Positions 41,401 through 53,243 of a stretch of 64,000 bases of DNA are shown here, one piece after another. The DNA lies in contig CP158635.1 in the NCBI GenBank assembly GCA_050273025.1, positions 7,378,001-7,442,000 of the forward strand. The letters run 5' to 3'. Position 1 is the first letter of the stretch, and each line of letters begins with the position of its first letter. The position numbers and the translations under genes are program-made. The notes under the pieces are model-generated. The model searched no databases. It was not told the DNA's origin and was given only the letters and a program-made list of their open reading frames with translations. Source of the stretch: Cenococcum geophilum (Eukaryota).

Positions 41401-42424
41401 CGTGTTATTTTATAAAGGCGATATAGTTATAGTTAGCTTAGAAAATATAAAGATAAATAGACCTAAGAAGAAATAGGACAATAAATAGGACGGCCCGTAC
41501 CCCGTACTTACAGTATACTAAGGGGTAGTTATAATAGACCTCCTAAACTACATCTAAGTAAATAAATCCTTCTATATATTTAAGGTCCGCCTTTAGGCTG
41601 CTAAAGAGATCCCTAGCTAAGCAAATATTAATACTATAAAACGCCGTAATGTATAAGGATAAGTAGCAGAGAGAAATAATAACGGTAATATAAAAGATAA
41701 ATAGGAATTTAAGAAAATCCTTAATATACATAATAAAGACCCTTAAGGCCTAACTTATAAGATTAAATAGAAATATTATAAGGACATAACCTAGCAGCTA
41801 AAAAAAGACCTAAAGGGTTATAAATAGGCTGTACAGCGCTTTTATAAGCAATACCTTAAGAAGCTAGAACCCCCAGACTGGGTATAAAATAAGAAAAAGT
41901 TACGCCAAGGTTATAGCTGACCACTATATTAAAATTTGTGGTAGTTAAGATATTATAGAACTTTAACCAGTGGTTGAAGTTATCTAATTAGCCAGATTCT
42001 TGCTAAGAAACGCTATATAGATCGATTTAGGTGGCGGTATAGAGTTCTGCTAACCTTACTTACTAAACTAACTAATTAGGATTTTCTATACCTAGTACGG
42101 AAAATTACTATTAGCTTAGTTAAGGGCAGTAAGCGGAACTAATATCTTTATAGTAAAAAATAGGCGACCCTAAATACTGCCTATTTTAGAGTTATTTATT
42201 TAATTTAGGGACCAAACCATCTAGGGGAGAGGAGTACTGTTACGGAACTAACCTAACATATACTATTTTATACTATCTCGTACTATTTCCTACTATTAGC
42301 TAGCCCACTACTAGTACCTTAGCAGCCGGCCCTACTATTTATATATAATACCCTATCTCTACCCTCTTCTCCTCTTTATACTATAACGTAGTTATTTAGT
42401 CTACTTTATTGCAGTACTGTAACA
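35438..42424 (+). mobile_element. Gypsy chromovirus family D, full length, nested in the hAT transposase
   Basis: 187-bp LTRs at 35438-35624 and 42238-42424; TSD CCTTA; PPT AGGGGAGAGGAG; degenerate gag, RT (AYLNNVLI = de-RIPed YLDD near 39350), RNase H, integrase and chromodomain (~41700-41870). Confidence 0.95.
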
Positions 42425-42781
42425 CCTTATAACTCACCACCCGTTTCTTAATATTATATATCTTACTACCTATATCTCACTACCTATTTCTATTACCTAT
42501 TGCCGACTATAAGCGCTGTCTACCTCGGCAATTATACATTATCGTTATCATCTTTTTGTTACCCACTTCGTGTATATATAGACGCTTTAGAGCTACATTT
42601 ACAATTAAGTCGTTCACTTAATTCTTCGCACTGTAAAGCTTATAAGATTTCTTAGAGTATAACTTATTAGTATATCCGCTACTAAAAACACGTCATTAAT
42701 CTTATTATTTAGGCATTTATTTTTATAGATAGTAAAGAGCTTAGCTTTATTCTATTATATAATAAAGAAGAGGAGGAAAGC

Positions 42782-42969
42782 TGTTACGGCACTGACCTAA
42801 TACGTTGTTATAACTCGGCGTTGCTGTGACACGAGCACAGACCTGACCCCTGAGCGACACGTATATATACCGCCTTACCTCTATACATAGATCCTCACAC
42901 AATATCGTTTGTCAATTATATACAGTCACCTTGTATATCGTATCTTAACAGTCCGCACGTACTGTGACA
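42782..42969. mobile_element. Solo LTR family E, 188 bp
   Basis: TGTTAC...GTGACA ends with TSD AAAGC; the first ~20 nt match the family D LTR. Confidence 0.9.
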
Positions 42970-45371
42970 AAAGCTTTAAAGTTCTAACTAAAAAGGAGAT
43001 AAAGGATAAAGATACGAAGTTTTAAGCTTTTAGGGTCCTCAGAAAGCTCTATAATATCGTTATTTATATTTAAAGTAGTCTAGGTCGTATAAAGCAGTTT
43101 TAAGATTAAGCTAGGAGAAGAATTCCTTTTAATAATTATATAAGATGGAATAGCTAGTGGACTATACTAGATATTGCTCTTACTCTTTAAGAGTGGGTTA
43201 GCTGGTATATCTCTAATAATCTTAATATAATTAATAAAGGGGACTAGCTTTTAGTGCAAGACTAGGTATATTTTTATATAATATATAAGTTTCTAGCTGC
43301 TTTTAAATTAGCGACTCTAAAGCTTAAAAGAGAAGATATAACGCTTAAGAAGGTTCTTATTACTATAGACGTTCTTAATCTCTACTTTAAAGAGACATTA
43401 GTATATTATATAATACTAAATTTATTATATATACTAAGAAATTTTTAGAAGATACTTCTAAATATAAAAGTAGTTTAAAACTTTTAAACCTAAGTCTTAC
43501 GAAGTAAGGTAAAGTTTAAAGATTACTATACTAAGCTTTTTACTACTCTCTCTATGCTACTACAGTTATTCTTTACCTAAGCCATTATACGGTATATAGT
43601 AAAAAGATCTAGCTAAGTAATATCTATAATAGAGCACTCTGGCACGTTAGGTAGCTTTAGAAGAAACACTAATATAAAGTATATCTGCTTCTATTATATA
43701 ACAAGAGTTTTTTTTAAACTAAATAACTTAAAAAAGCCTTTAAAAGAACTTAATACTTTTAATCTTTTAGAGGCTTATATAGAAGAATAATACCTTCGGC
43801 TATAGAGCTAAGACAAATTTAATAACTACCTTTTAGAGGTCTTATACGGTTTAAAGATTTAGGATCCTATTAAGTGGTAGTTATATAAAGATTAAGTAAG
43901 GCGCTGGCCACAGCTTTTATAATTTATAGTTAATATCCTTTATATTTCTGCAATAAGTAATAAAGCAGAGGTAGTTTTCTTAGGTGGCCGTTATACGGTA
44001 GGCTGGGAGAGAGTTTAGCTTAGGGTAGATATGCTTAAGATTACGGAGAGTATAAAGGATTGGATTAGAAGTGGTATTCTTAAAAGTTCTTTCTAAAAGG
44101 GGCTAGAAATAGTTAAATGTAATAGGTTATACCCTAGAGATACTACTTAGTAGCTAGCCTACCTATTCTAACTAGCGTATAATATATAACTAAGGGGCCT
44201 TAATAGGAGAAAAAAACTCGTTAGGGAACTTTAAAACTCTTCTTTTATTAACAAATCTATCTTATATAATAGTAATATTACTACTAAAACGGATACTAAG
44301 TCGTATAAGGCCTAGGATATTATAATAGTAAAATTTTATTAAAGAAGATTTTTTTATAGAAGCTATATAGCTTAGGTATTATACGGTATAGAACCGTAAG
44401 CTTTAATAAAACTTAGAAAGAGCATTTACCGTTAAATTATTAGGTACGTTACTTAACCTATTATCTAAGTTATCTTCTTCCTCTTTAGCCGATAAATTAC
44501 CCTCTAACTTATCTAGATAAGTGCTGCTATATATAAGATTATAACTATTTCCCTATTCCCGCTATTTGCAGTTTAAATAATAGTTATTCTAATATCTATT
44601 AAGCATATAATAGGTAGAGAAGGGTTAAGGTCCTAACTAACTTTAATTATTCTTTACCGTATAGGCATTATAAGGCTAAATCTATAAGTTAGCTACCGTA
44701 TAACTAAGGGAAAAAGGTACTTATATTAGCTATATTATCTCTATAACTATAAATAATTATTATATTAACGTACAAAGGCCGCTTTATATTAATTTATTAT
44801 TTAGTAATAAAAGCTAGCGTAGTAACGTCCTTAGTAGCGTAGCAGCGAAGAGCCATATATTAGACGTCCTAGAAGAAGTTAGTTAGGGATTATATAAATA
44901 AGAGGAGACTTACTATATAATATAGGCTCTTAAGCTAAGCATCTACCTCTGCTTAAGATAAATTCCATAACTTCTCGCCAGTACTAAGAGCCGTAATAAT
45001 TATAGTAGCAGTAACAGTAGGAGTTAAACTTAAAGCCATAGTTAACGAGATAAATTTAGGCAATTAACTAAGTAAGCTATAATTATTGTAGTTAATTAAA
45101 GAATTAAAGAAAAAGTTTAAATATTTAAATTTAAAGCTTAAATTGGAAGTACGGAAAACCGTTTTTTTGTTACCCACTATACGAGGCACCTATTACTCCG
45201 GCATATAATTCCTACGCATCTCCTATTATACAACACATAAAGAAAAGAAAAAGAAGGGGAGTTATATAATATCACGGCACTAACCTAACACGTTGTTATA
45301 ATTTAGTGTTGTTATAACACGAGCACGGACCTGACCCTAAGCGACGTGTATATATACCACCTCACCTCCTA

Positions 45372-48300
45372 TAGCTCTGTGCACGACCAGCTTCCACCCC
45401 CCTTTAGCGAGATTTCAAATTCGCTACGCGCATCCAATCTCGCTTGGTTGCCACTAACTGTACATAGTAACTATAGCGAGCGCCTATGCTTGGCTGTAAG
45501 AACCTTGCTTTTAAAGGACTTAAAGCTATTTACAATTAGCTTTTCTCCAGTGTCGTAATCTTTGTCAAATACCGTGAGGTTTCCACCTATACTATATTCG
45601 CAATATGGCTCCGCGAATAGGCCCATATTAGCACGCCCTAATTAAGGATCTTCTTTAACTTGGAGCAACCCGAGCAGAGTATGCCTTCGTCGCTAGTTAT
45701 ACAGTTCGCTTAATTACGTTAATTAGAAGGGACTTGTGGATATTTAGATTAACTCGGGCGCCTTTAAACGGTAAAGGTGGCCAGTTTATAATGAGCAATC
45801 GGATAATTATAGTGGTACTAATACAGCTAGAGGAAAAGCTAACTCTCTTTAGTAATAAGATGGAGTAGTTAATCTACGACATATTTAACGTTATAATAAG
45901 CTACTATACAATATTTCGAGAGCTCTATTTAGCTGGCTGGATAAGAAAGCGAGTAAGCTAATTAGATCCTCTAGTTATAGAGCTTAGAAAGTAGCTTACG
46001 CAAAGTAGTATCGCCAGGTAGCCCTTAAGCGTAGCGCTTACGATCGTGATATATATTTCGCCATTATATTATAGTATACCGCCGATTAACTAGTGTTTAT
46101 AGATAAGTTAGGTATAGATTTAAAGACAGGTATACGGAAGACCGGCTAGGCTCCTTATAGTATTATACTAGTTTCTTATACGCCATATAATTAGGGTAAG
46201 ACGAGGCTTAATATACTGCCTGCGTATATAATTAACGGCGTACTAGTAGCTTTGGTATATAAAGGCTCGACAAATAGCAAAGGCTTTAAGTTTTGGGTGG
46301 CAAATACTCTTCTACCACAGTGTAATCGCTTTTCTGCTAAGCGATTAGTAGTTATTATAGATAACGCCAGCTTCCATCACTTAGAGAGGATGTAGGCTCT
46401 CTTTAACGCCTTTAGCGTTAAGCTTATATATTTGCCTACGTACTTACCTAATTTAAATCCAATTAAAGAGTTTTTTAGAGAGCTAAAAGCTTTTATTTAG
46501 TGGGAGTGGTTCTCTTAGACAGAGTACCCTAAAAGCTTTAACTATAGCTTTAAAGCCTTTCTTCTTTAGTGTATAGATAAGGTTGGTAGCAAGAGCGAGA
46601 GCGTAAGAGGACATTTCCAACATAGTGGGTATAATTATTGAGGTTTTTAGTATAGGGAAGATCAATTTTTAGTAGCGTTTTTTTAATTGTACGTAACACT
46701 TGTAAATATACTAAAGGCTTCAATCTCTTATATATATGGGGTGTCTTTGTCACTATAGAGGCGCTAGCAGTAATAGAGATACCTTATATTCTACTAATTA
46801 TCTATATCTTAGAAACTTCCTTTAAGCTATATACGACGCTTATTTACCCACTCCTTTAAATCCTTCTATAGCCGCCTTATAACACCCAATTTAACACCAG
46901 CCTTTACAAGCTCCTTAATAGGATTAGCGCCATTAGATTTATTATATAGGAGCTCTAAGTCCTATCTTAAATCGCGGATAATTTTGTATACCGCCTTAAA
47001 GTCAGCCTCCTAGTTAAGATTACTAAATACACTCTGCTTCTAATACGCAAAGAACTCCTCTAAATCCTTCGCGCGGTTAATACTATATAGGCGGCGTATT
47101 AGTAATATAGGTAAGGATAATAACATCAGTCGGCTTACTAGTGTAGGAGTTTGCTAATTTGGTACTAGGCCTATAGAACTAATGTAAAAGTGGTTAATAA
47201 CGCCTGGAGTACTAGTAGTAGAGCTCTCGCCAAAGGCTGATTAGCGTACTCTTCTACTATTATTTCCTCCCTTTACTGCTCTCTTAGCAAGCCGCGTAGC
47301 AAGCCTATAAGGTGGATTCTAAATATTTGCAATACCTTACTGGATACCAGTTACCCATTCTCTTAAGTCTTTATCCATTAATTTAACGTCTACCTAGCCA
47401 AGAACGTAGCACTAATTAACATTTAGGCAGCGCTTCTTATAACGCCAATATCTAGTAAGCTTAACCTATAATTTTATAGCGTTACTAGCAGGAGACACGC
47501 AAGGCGTTAAGCTCCGCTCCGAAATCTATAAGGGCGTTAAAACTTTACCATGGAGTTAATTAAGCATTAATAGATAAGAGCTAACTCTAGAGCGAGAGGC
47601 TGCTGGTTAATTTATAGCTGGGGCATATATAATTAAGAGGTCAACGGTAAGAGCCTTAATAGCGCCACTTCTATTAATATGCTTCGCCTACGATACAAGC
47701 TAGGTATTAATCTTCTACTACTAGGCTGCAACCTTAACTTCTATAATATTAAATCTAATGTTACGAACGCCTGCGTACTAAGTGTTAACTTTAGCCTTAA
47801 TCGGCTGGAGCTTAATGCGAATACCTTGCTCTTAATAATATAGCTCTCTCTCGCAAATAGGAAAGACTTAGAGTCGCTAAAGATTATAAAGCTGAAGGCT
47901 TATACTAATAAGAGTCTTAGTAAAAGGCGAATCCTTTAAGTATTAAATTACTATATTATAATTATAAGTAATAAACACGCCGCTATTTCTCCTCTCTATA
48001 TTACTAATCTTACTCTTAAAACGTAGGCGAGGCGGCGGCGGAATTAGCTTATCCTTATACTTACTAAGTAAGCATAAGCGAGCCCTTAGGGGTAAGCGAG
48101 AGACTAACGTTAAGCGAGTAATTGGAGGAGTATAAGCATAAGGAGTATAAGCAACTTCCTAAGAGGGCGTGGCTTAATATCATAATATTAATACTGGCGG
48201 CTCCTGTATCAAATATGGTGACTCGTAAGATCTTGACCAAGGCAATCTACTAAGCTAACTTTGGTAGTATACACGCCAACCTTCTACCTCCTCCTCAGCG

Positions 48301-48779
48301 GCCTCCGCTGCGGCTTCTGGATCATCATCTATTTCCTTAAGCTCCTCTAATGTAAAACCTAGCTAAACGGTGTTTTATTCGCGTTTTAGCGGCTGTTGTA
48401 TTATATTCGGGTAATAGCTTAACGGCAGTAGGGGTCTAGGTAATAAGGAGGGAGGAAGGTAGCTTCGTCGAGTTCGTTAAGAAGGAGGACTCTCGCCTGT
48501 TAATTAAGCCGCTGCGCGTTTTGAAGAAGGATGCATATTAAGGGTAAATTAATAATAGTACAACACGATTTTAGGTGGATATTGCGGCTTTGATAGGTTA
48601 GGCAAGTTCTATATAGCTTTAATTTAATTGTCCCTGCAACCAGGACGGTCCTTACGTGCAGGCATAGGCGCTCGCTACAGTTACTATGTACAGTTAGTGG
48701 CAACCAAGCGAGATTGGATGCGCGTAGCGAATTTGAAATCTCGCCAAAGGGGGGTGGAAGCTGGTCGTGCACAGAGCTG
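45372..48779 (+). mobile_element. Tc1/IS630-type element F, 3.4 kb, long TIRs (~120-140 bp), TA TSD; intron-containing transposase plus a convergent second ORF
   Basis: TIR (C/T)AGCTCTGTGCACGACCAGCTTCCACCCC...; transposase ~45605-46640 with LVFIDKLG, VIIDNASFHH and YLPTYLPNLNPIKE (de-RIPed DDE_3 motifs); intron 45953-46008. Confidence 0.9.
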
Positions 48780-48783
48780 TATA

Positions 48784-50844
48784 CGGAGGACGGCCCAGAA
48801 AGAGATTTCTCCTTCCTATTTGGGAAAAGCGCGGTTTTAGTGCCAAGACCCCACCAAAATATACCAAAATTTTGACTTCGAGCTTTATAAAAGCAACTCT
48901 ACACCAACTTTTTCATAGAATTACCTCACTTAATCGCTTATAATATCCTCTACATACCTTCTACTGTTTTCCCTACTGTTTTTAAGCCCAAAATACCTTA
49001 CTACGGCCTTGCAACGAGGGCGCAGGCCGTAGTAATAAAGGCTTTAGGTACACCCCTAAAACTAATTACTTAAGTTACTAGGATTAGCGGTAGGCACATT
49101 AGTAACCTAGTAAAAAAGGTAGTAGAGAATAGCTAGAATGCAAATTGGGTTCTTCTTAATAACCACCTTAAGGATAAGCCCCGCGTAGGGCGTACTAAAA
49201 AGATTACCTCAGATATTAAGCAGAGAGTCGTTAACACCGTTATATACGATTATTACGGGCGTAAAAAAAGTAGTAAAAAAATCGCACGCGAAATAGGTAT
49301 CTCTGCAGCGTCCATTTAAATTATACTTAAAAAGTACGGCTTCCGTAAAATAAAGCTAATAAGGAAGCCTGGATTAACTACAGCTATAAAGAATAAACGA
49401 TATAGATTTACACTAGCTTATTATTATTAGACGCTAGAAGATTGGAAGGCTATAATTTAGTTAGATAAGATAAGTATTGTTTTAGGCCACCGTTAAGGGG
49501 GCTATTAAGTATAGCGATAATTAAATAAGGCCTACGTACGTAGCTACGTACAAGAGCGGTGGAAGGGGTACTCTAAGTTTATGTTTTGGGGTTGCTTTAT
49601 ATACGACTTTAAAGGCCCTTACTATATTTAGAAGCCCTAAATAAAGAAGAAATCTAATAAATTAAAAGCTATTATTAAGATCTGGAATTAAGCTCTAGAG
49701 CTAGAGGTACATAAGGCCTAAAAGAAGAATTAAGCTGCTAAAAGGAGCCTATACGAACTACGCTATAAGAGGCGAATAGGCGGCGCTCCTACTAAATAGA
49801 AGTTTACGGCGTTATACAGAGCTTTAACTTAATTAGATGGAGGTGGAATTAACTAGTGGCAATATTTAATAAATATTTTAATACTAAAGCTCCTTCCGTT
49901 TACCTAGAGTCTTATATACTTAAATCCTAATACGATTATATAGGAAGACAAGGCTACTGCTTATATTACAAAGATTTACTAAACCTACTTTAACGCTTAC
50001 GAGATTCAGCGTCTTCTTTAGCTAGGTAATTTGCCTAATCTAAATATAATTAAGCCCTGCTAGGGCTACCTAAAACGGATTACTACAAAAAGAGGCCTAC
50101 TTACCTCTCGCGCAGCTGTAGAGAAGGCTTAGCTTAGAGCTTAGCAAGATCTTAAGCAGTAGTAAATTTAGCAGTGGATTAAGAGGATACCTTGCTATAT
50201 TAAGAAGATTATAGAATTTAAAGGAGGCAATAATTATAGAGAGGGAGTAGATAAAAAGCAGCGAAGCCGGAAGTAGCTCCGTAAGGAAGCCAATTATAAG
50301 CTCTCTATAATCGTTAAGGTGCTTAAAACAGGCTACGAGATATTACGAAATCACTGTAGTCTACCTGACGCCTATCTATAATTCTTCCTACCTATGCAGA
50401 GCCGTAAGGAAATTGAGGAGATCACTAAGGAAGAGTGGCAAAAATCAGCTAATTTAGTTGTTCCAAATCGACGTCAAAACACTTAAGGCTTTGGCTTAAT
50501 TGTAGATCGACAGCTCTATAACTTGAGACCCCAAAGAAACGATCGTAATTAGGTAATTAAACGGGTAGAGAGCCAGGTAGAGAGCCAGGTAGAGAGCCAA
50601 GAACAACAGAGGCAATTAAGGCCTCGAAAACCTCGAAAGCCTGTAGAATATAAGGTGCAGTGGAACGAGGTCAATCAGGTAAATGCTAGACACTAAAACA
50701 CTACGTTTTGGAAGCTATATAGACAATATACTAGTATTAAAAGCTTCAATCAAGCTGATTGAGTTGATTTTGGTGGGGTCTTGGCGCTTAAAACCGCGCT
50801 TTTCCCAAATAGGAAGGAGAAATCTCTTTCTGGGCCGTCCTCCG
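48784..50844 (+). mobile_element. Tc1-like element G, 2.06 kb, ~77-bp TIRs, TA TSD
   Basis: TIR CGGAGGACGGCCCAGAAAGAGATTTCTCC...; transposase ~48993-50260 with RKPGLT, TLEDWK, FMFWGCF, *EDKATAY and LGNLPNLNIIKPC*GYLKR (de-RIPed WPGNSPDLNxIE). Confidence 0.92.
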
Positions 50845-52267
50845 TATAGATCCTCACACGACATCGTTTGTCAATTATATACAGTCACCTCGTACATCGT
50901 ACCTTGACAGTCCGCACGTACTGTGACATGTAATGGGTTATACCTAGATATACTACTTAGCAGCTAGCCTGCCTACTTATATTAAATACCTATATACAAA
51001 AAAAATTCGATATCGGATTTTATTCGGATATTTTATCGGATTTTACGATATCGTAATCGTTTTAAAACGTATAATTTTTGGCCACACTGATTGCTGGACT
51101 CGCGGGCGGTTAGCATTCTGCCAGGAACACCAACTTCGTTAGCGTGCGACCTTTGTAAATAGATAAAACTTTATACTTTAAATACTAACACTTATGGTAC
51201 GAAACAGGTCGTTAAACGATGAGGACTTTGTTCTACCGACTCAATATCCCAAATTACCAAAGGGAAGAAGAAATTAAGACCTCCTGACCTAAACTTATCG
51301 ATTTTAGGTATTGTTCGCACGGGCCACCATCTTAAACACACTGACGGTGCAAGGGATAACTTTACGCGTATCTATCTCTTGCGCTTCTAAGCCTTAATTA
51401 CCTTATTAGCAGCCTTTTTCTTAAGCTTCTTTAGCTTCTCTTATGCATCTTACAACACTAAGAGTTTAGAATTCTCTATAGTATTGCGTCTATCTTGTAT
51501 ATAAAGTATATCTTCCGTTTAAAGCGACTGCTAAGCGTCCTTCTGTATATCCTTATGCTTCTATACTATTACAATAGTACGTAATAAGTCTCTATATATA
51601 GCCTTAGCTGCAACCGCAATTACTAGGCTACTATATATAAACTTTTTATACAGAATATACTACGTATCCTTATCCTCCTCCTAATCTAGCAGATTAGCTA
51701 GTACTATAAGCGTATATATATAAACTAGTATCTCTAGAGAGTAATTATCTATAAAACCCGTATCTATAGACATTGTTGCTTATAGTAATAGCATTTAAAT
51801 TTGGCTAAGCATAGTGGTAGAATTAAAAGGAATTAGCACTGATTTCGCCTAAGCGCTTAAAACTATACTTCTCTTAAATATATTAAGGCGAACTTTGTAT
51901 AGAGCTTATAGAAACTCTATCTTATTAAAATTTATATAGCTATTTTAAAAGGCCCTAGTTGTAGCTTGCCTGTACTAGTACTTATATAGCTATAAAAACA
52001 CTACAATATTAAGAGGCTAATAGATATGCGTTATATACAATATTATAGCAAATAAGATAATTAGGTAATTATTGTAAAACTATATAAATTGCCTAGTAAA
52101 ATAGCTAGTATAGCCACCTAGGATAAGGAGCTAATTTTTACTAATTTAGCACTTCTTAGACCACTTTAATAGTAGCCAATCGTTAATATATGCAGTATTA
52201 CTTAATGCTAGTAAGTAATTGCCTAGCAGCTTATATATAGTTTTACCTACTAGGATAATAAATAAAG

Positions 52268-52479
52268 GCCATCAGGAATTTTTTTTGGCCACGTTGTTGC
52301 AAGCGAAAATCCAATTTTGGCAATTTGCGGCGATTTGCAGCAATTTGCTACAAACACATAGGCTACCTATGCACGCGCCTGCCCTATCTATGTGTTTATA
52401 GCAAATTGCCAAAATTGCGACTTACGCAGACCCCGATTTTCGCTTGCAACAACGTGCCCAAATTTTTTTTCCTGATGGC
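52268..52479. mobile_element. 212-bp foldback/MITE-like palindrome
   Basis: GCCATCAGGAA...ACGTTGTTGCAAGCGAAAATC arms inverted at both ends, plus an inner inverted pair (GCAATTTGCTACAAACACATAG); TSD unclear (TAAAG/TAGAG possible). Confidence 0.7.
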
Positions 52480-52480
52480 T

Positions 52481-53243
52481 AGAGGCTCTGCACGAGGCTC
52501 TGCACGAGGCTCCATACAAAGCTCCGCACGAGGCTTTACATAAAGCTCTGCACGAAGCTCTGCACGAAGCTCTACACAAAGCTCTGCACGAAGCTCTACA
52601 CGAAGCTCTACACGAAGCTCTGCACGAAGCTCTACACAAAGCTCTGCACGAAGCTCTACACGAAGCTCTACACGAAGCTCTACACGAAGCTCTACACGAA
52701 GCTCTACACGAAGCTCTACACGAAGCTCTACACGAAGCTCTACACGAAGCTCTACACGAAGCTCTACACGAAGCTCTACACGAAGCTCTACACGAAGCTC
52801 TACACGAAGCTCTACACGAAGCTCTACACGAAGCTCTACACGAAGCTCTACACGAAGCTCTACACGAAGCTCTACACGAAGCTTTGCACGATGCTCTACA
52901 CGAAGCTCTGCGTACAGAGACTCTACACGAAGCTCTACACGAAGCTCTGCACGAAGCTTTACACGAAGCTTTGCACGAGGCTCTACACGAGGCTCTACAT
53001 AAAGCTCTGCATATAGAGGCTCTGCACGAGGCTCTGCACGAGGCTCTACACGAAGCTCTACGTACAGAAGCTCTGCACGAAGCTCTACACGAAGCTCTGC
53101 ACAAAGCTCTATATGAAGCTCTACACGAAGCTCTGCACAAAGCTCTACGAAGCTCTACACGAAGCTCTACATATAGAGGCTCTGCACGAGGCTCTGCGCG
53201 AAGCTCTGCGTACGGAGGCTCTACACGAAGCTCTACACAAAGC
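52481..53243. repeat. 12-bp minisatellite (GAAGCTCT[A/G]CAC)n, about 60 units
   Basis: Direct tandem repeat visible in the sequence; it produces the EALH and CRAS repeat ORFs. Confidence 0.97.

Larger units (their letters stand above)
45270..50928. mobile_element. Second family E solo LTR (45270-45371 + 50845-50928), split by two Tc1-type elements
   Basis: Both halves align to 42782-42969; TSD TATAA/TGTAA (one RIP-type change). Confidence 0.88.
33675..51089 (+). mobile_element. hAT DNA transposon, RIP-inactivated, carrying nested insertions
   Basis: 18-bp TIR CAGTGTGGCCAAAAATTA; perfect 8-bp TSD ATTGCTGG; subterminal CGATAT repeats; BED-finger-like CxxC near 33980; ...RWNS motif near 43140; hATC dimerisation motif (DPIKW...RRWP...AEVVF.GG) at 43860-44065. 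Confidence 0.93.
33613..51355. mobile_element. Non-autonomous ~320-bp TIR element (33613-33674 + 51098-51355), CCCTT...AAGGG ends, AT duplication; split by the hAT element
   Basis: Left end CCCTTGCACCGTCA...GTGTTCAAGGTGGTGGCACGTGC matches the reverse complement of the right end GCACGGGCCACCATCTTAAACACACTGACGGTGCAAGGG; flanks are ttAT / ATaa. Confidence 0.85.
33390..52262 (-). mobile_element. pogo/Fot1-like (DDE_1) transposon remnant in pieces ~33390-33612 and 51358-52262; 5' part not visible
   Basis: Minus-strand translation near 51960-52230: LLILGGYTSYFTRQFI*F...IILFAIILYITHIY*PLNIVVF, matching the de-RIPed LLILDGHxSH...HTTH..QPLDVxVF motif of pogo-type transposases. Confidence 0.75.

Noticed and set aside
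45346..45558. Paired small ORFs (HDQLPPPF...) at 45346 and 48500
   Set aside because: They are translations of element F's inverted repeats.
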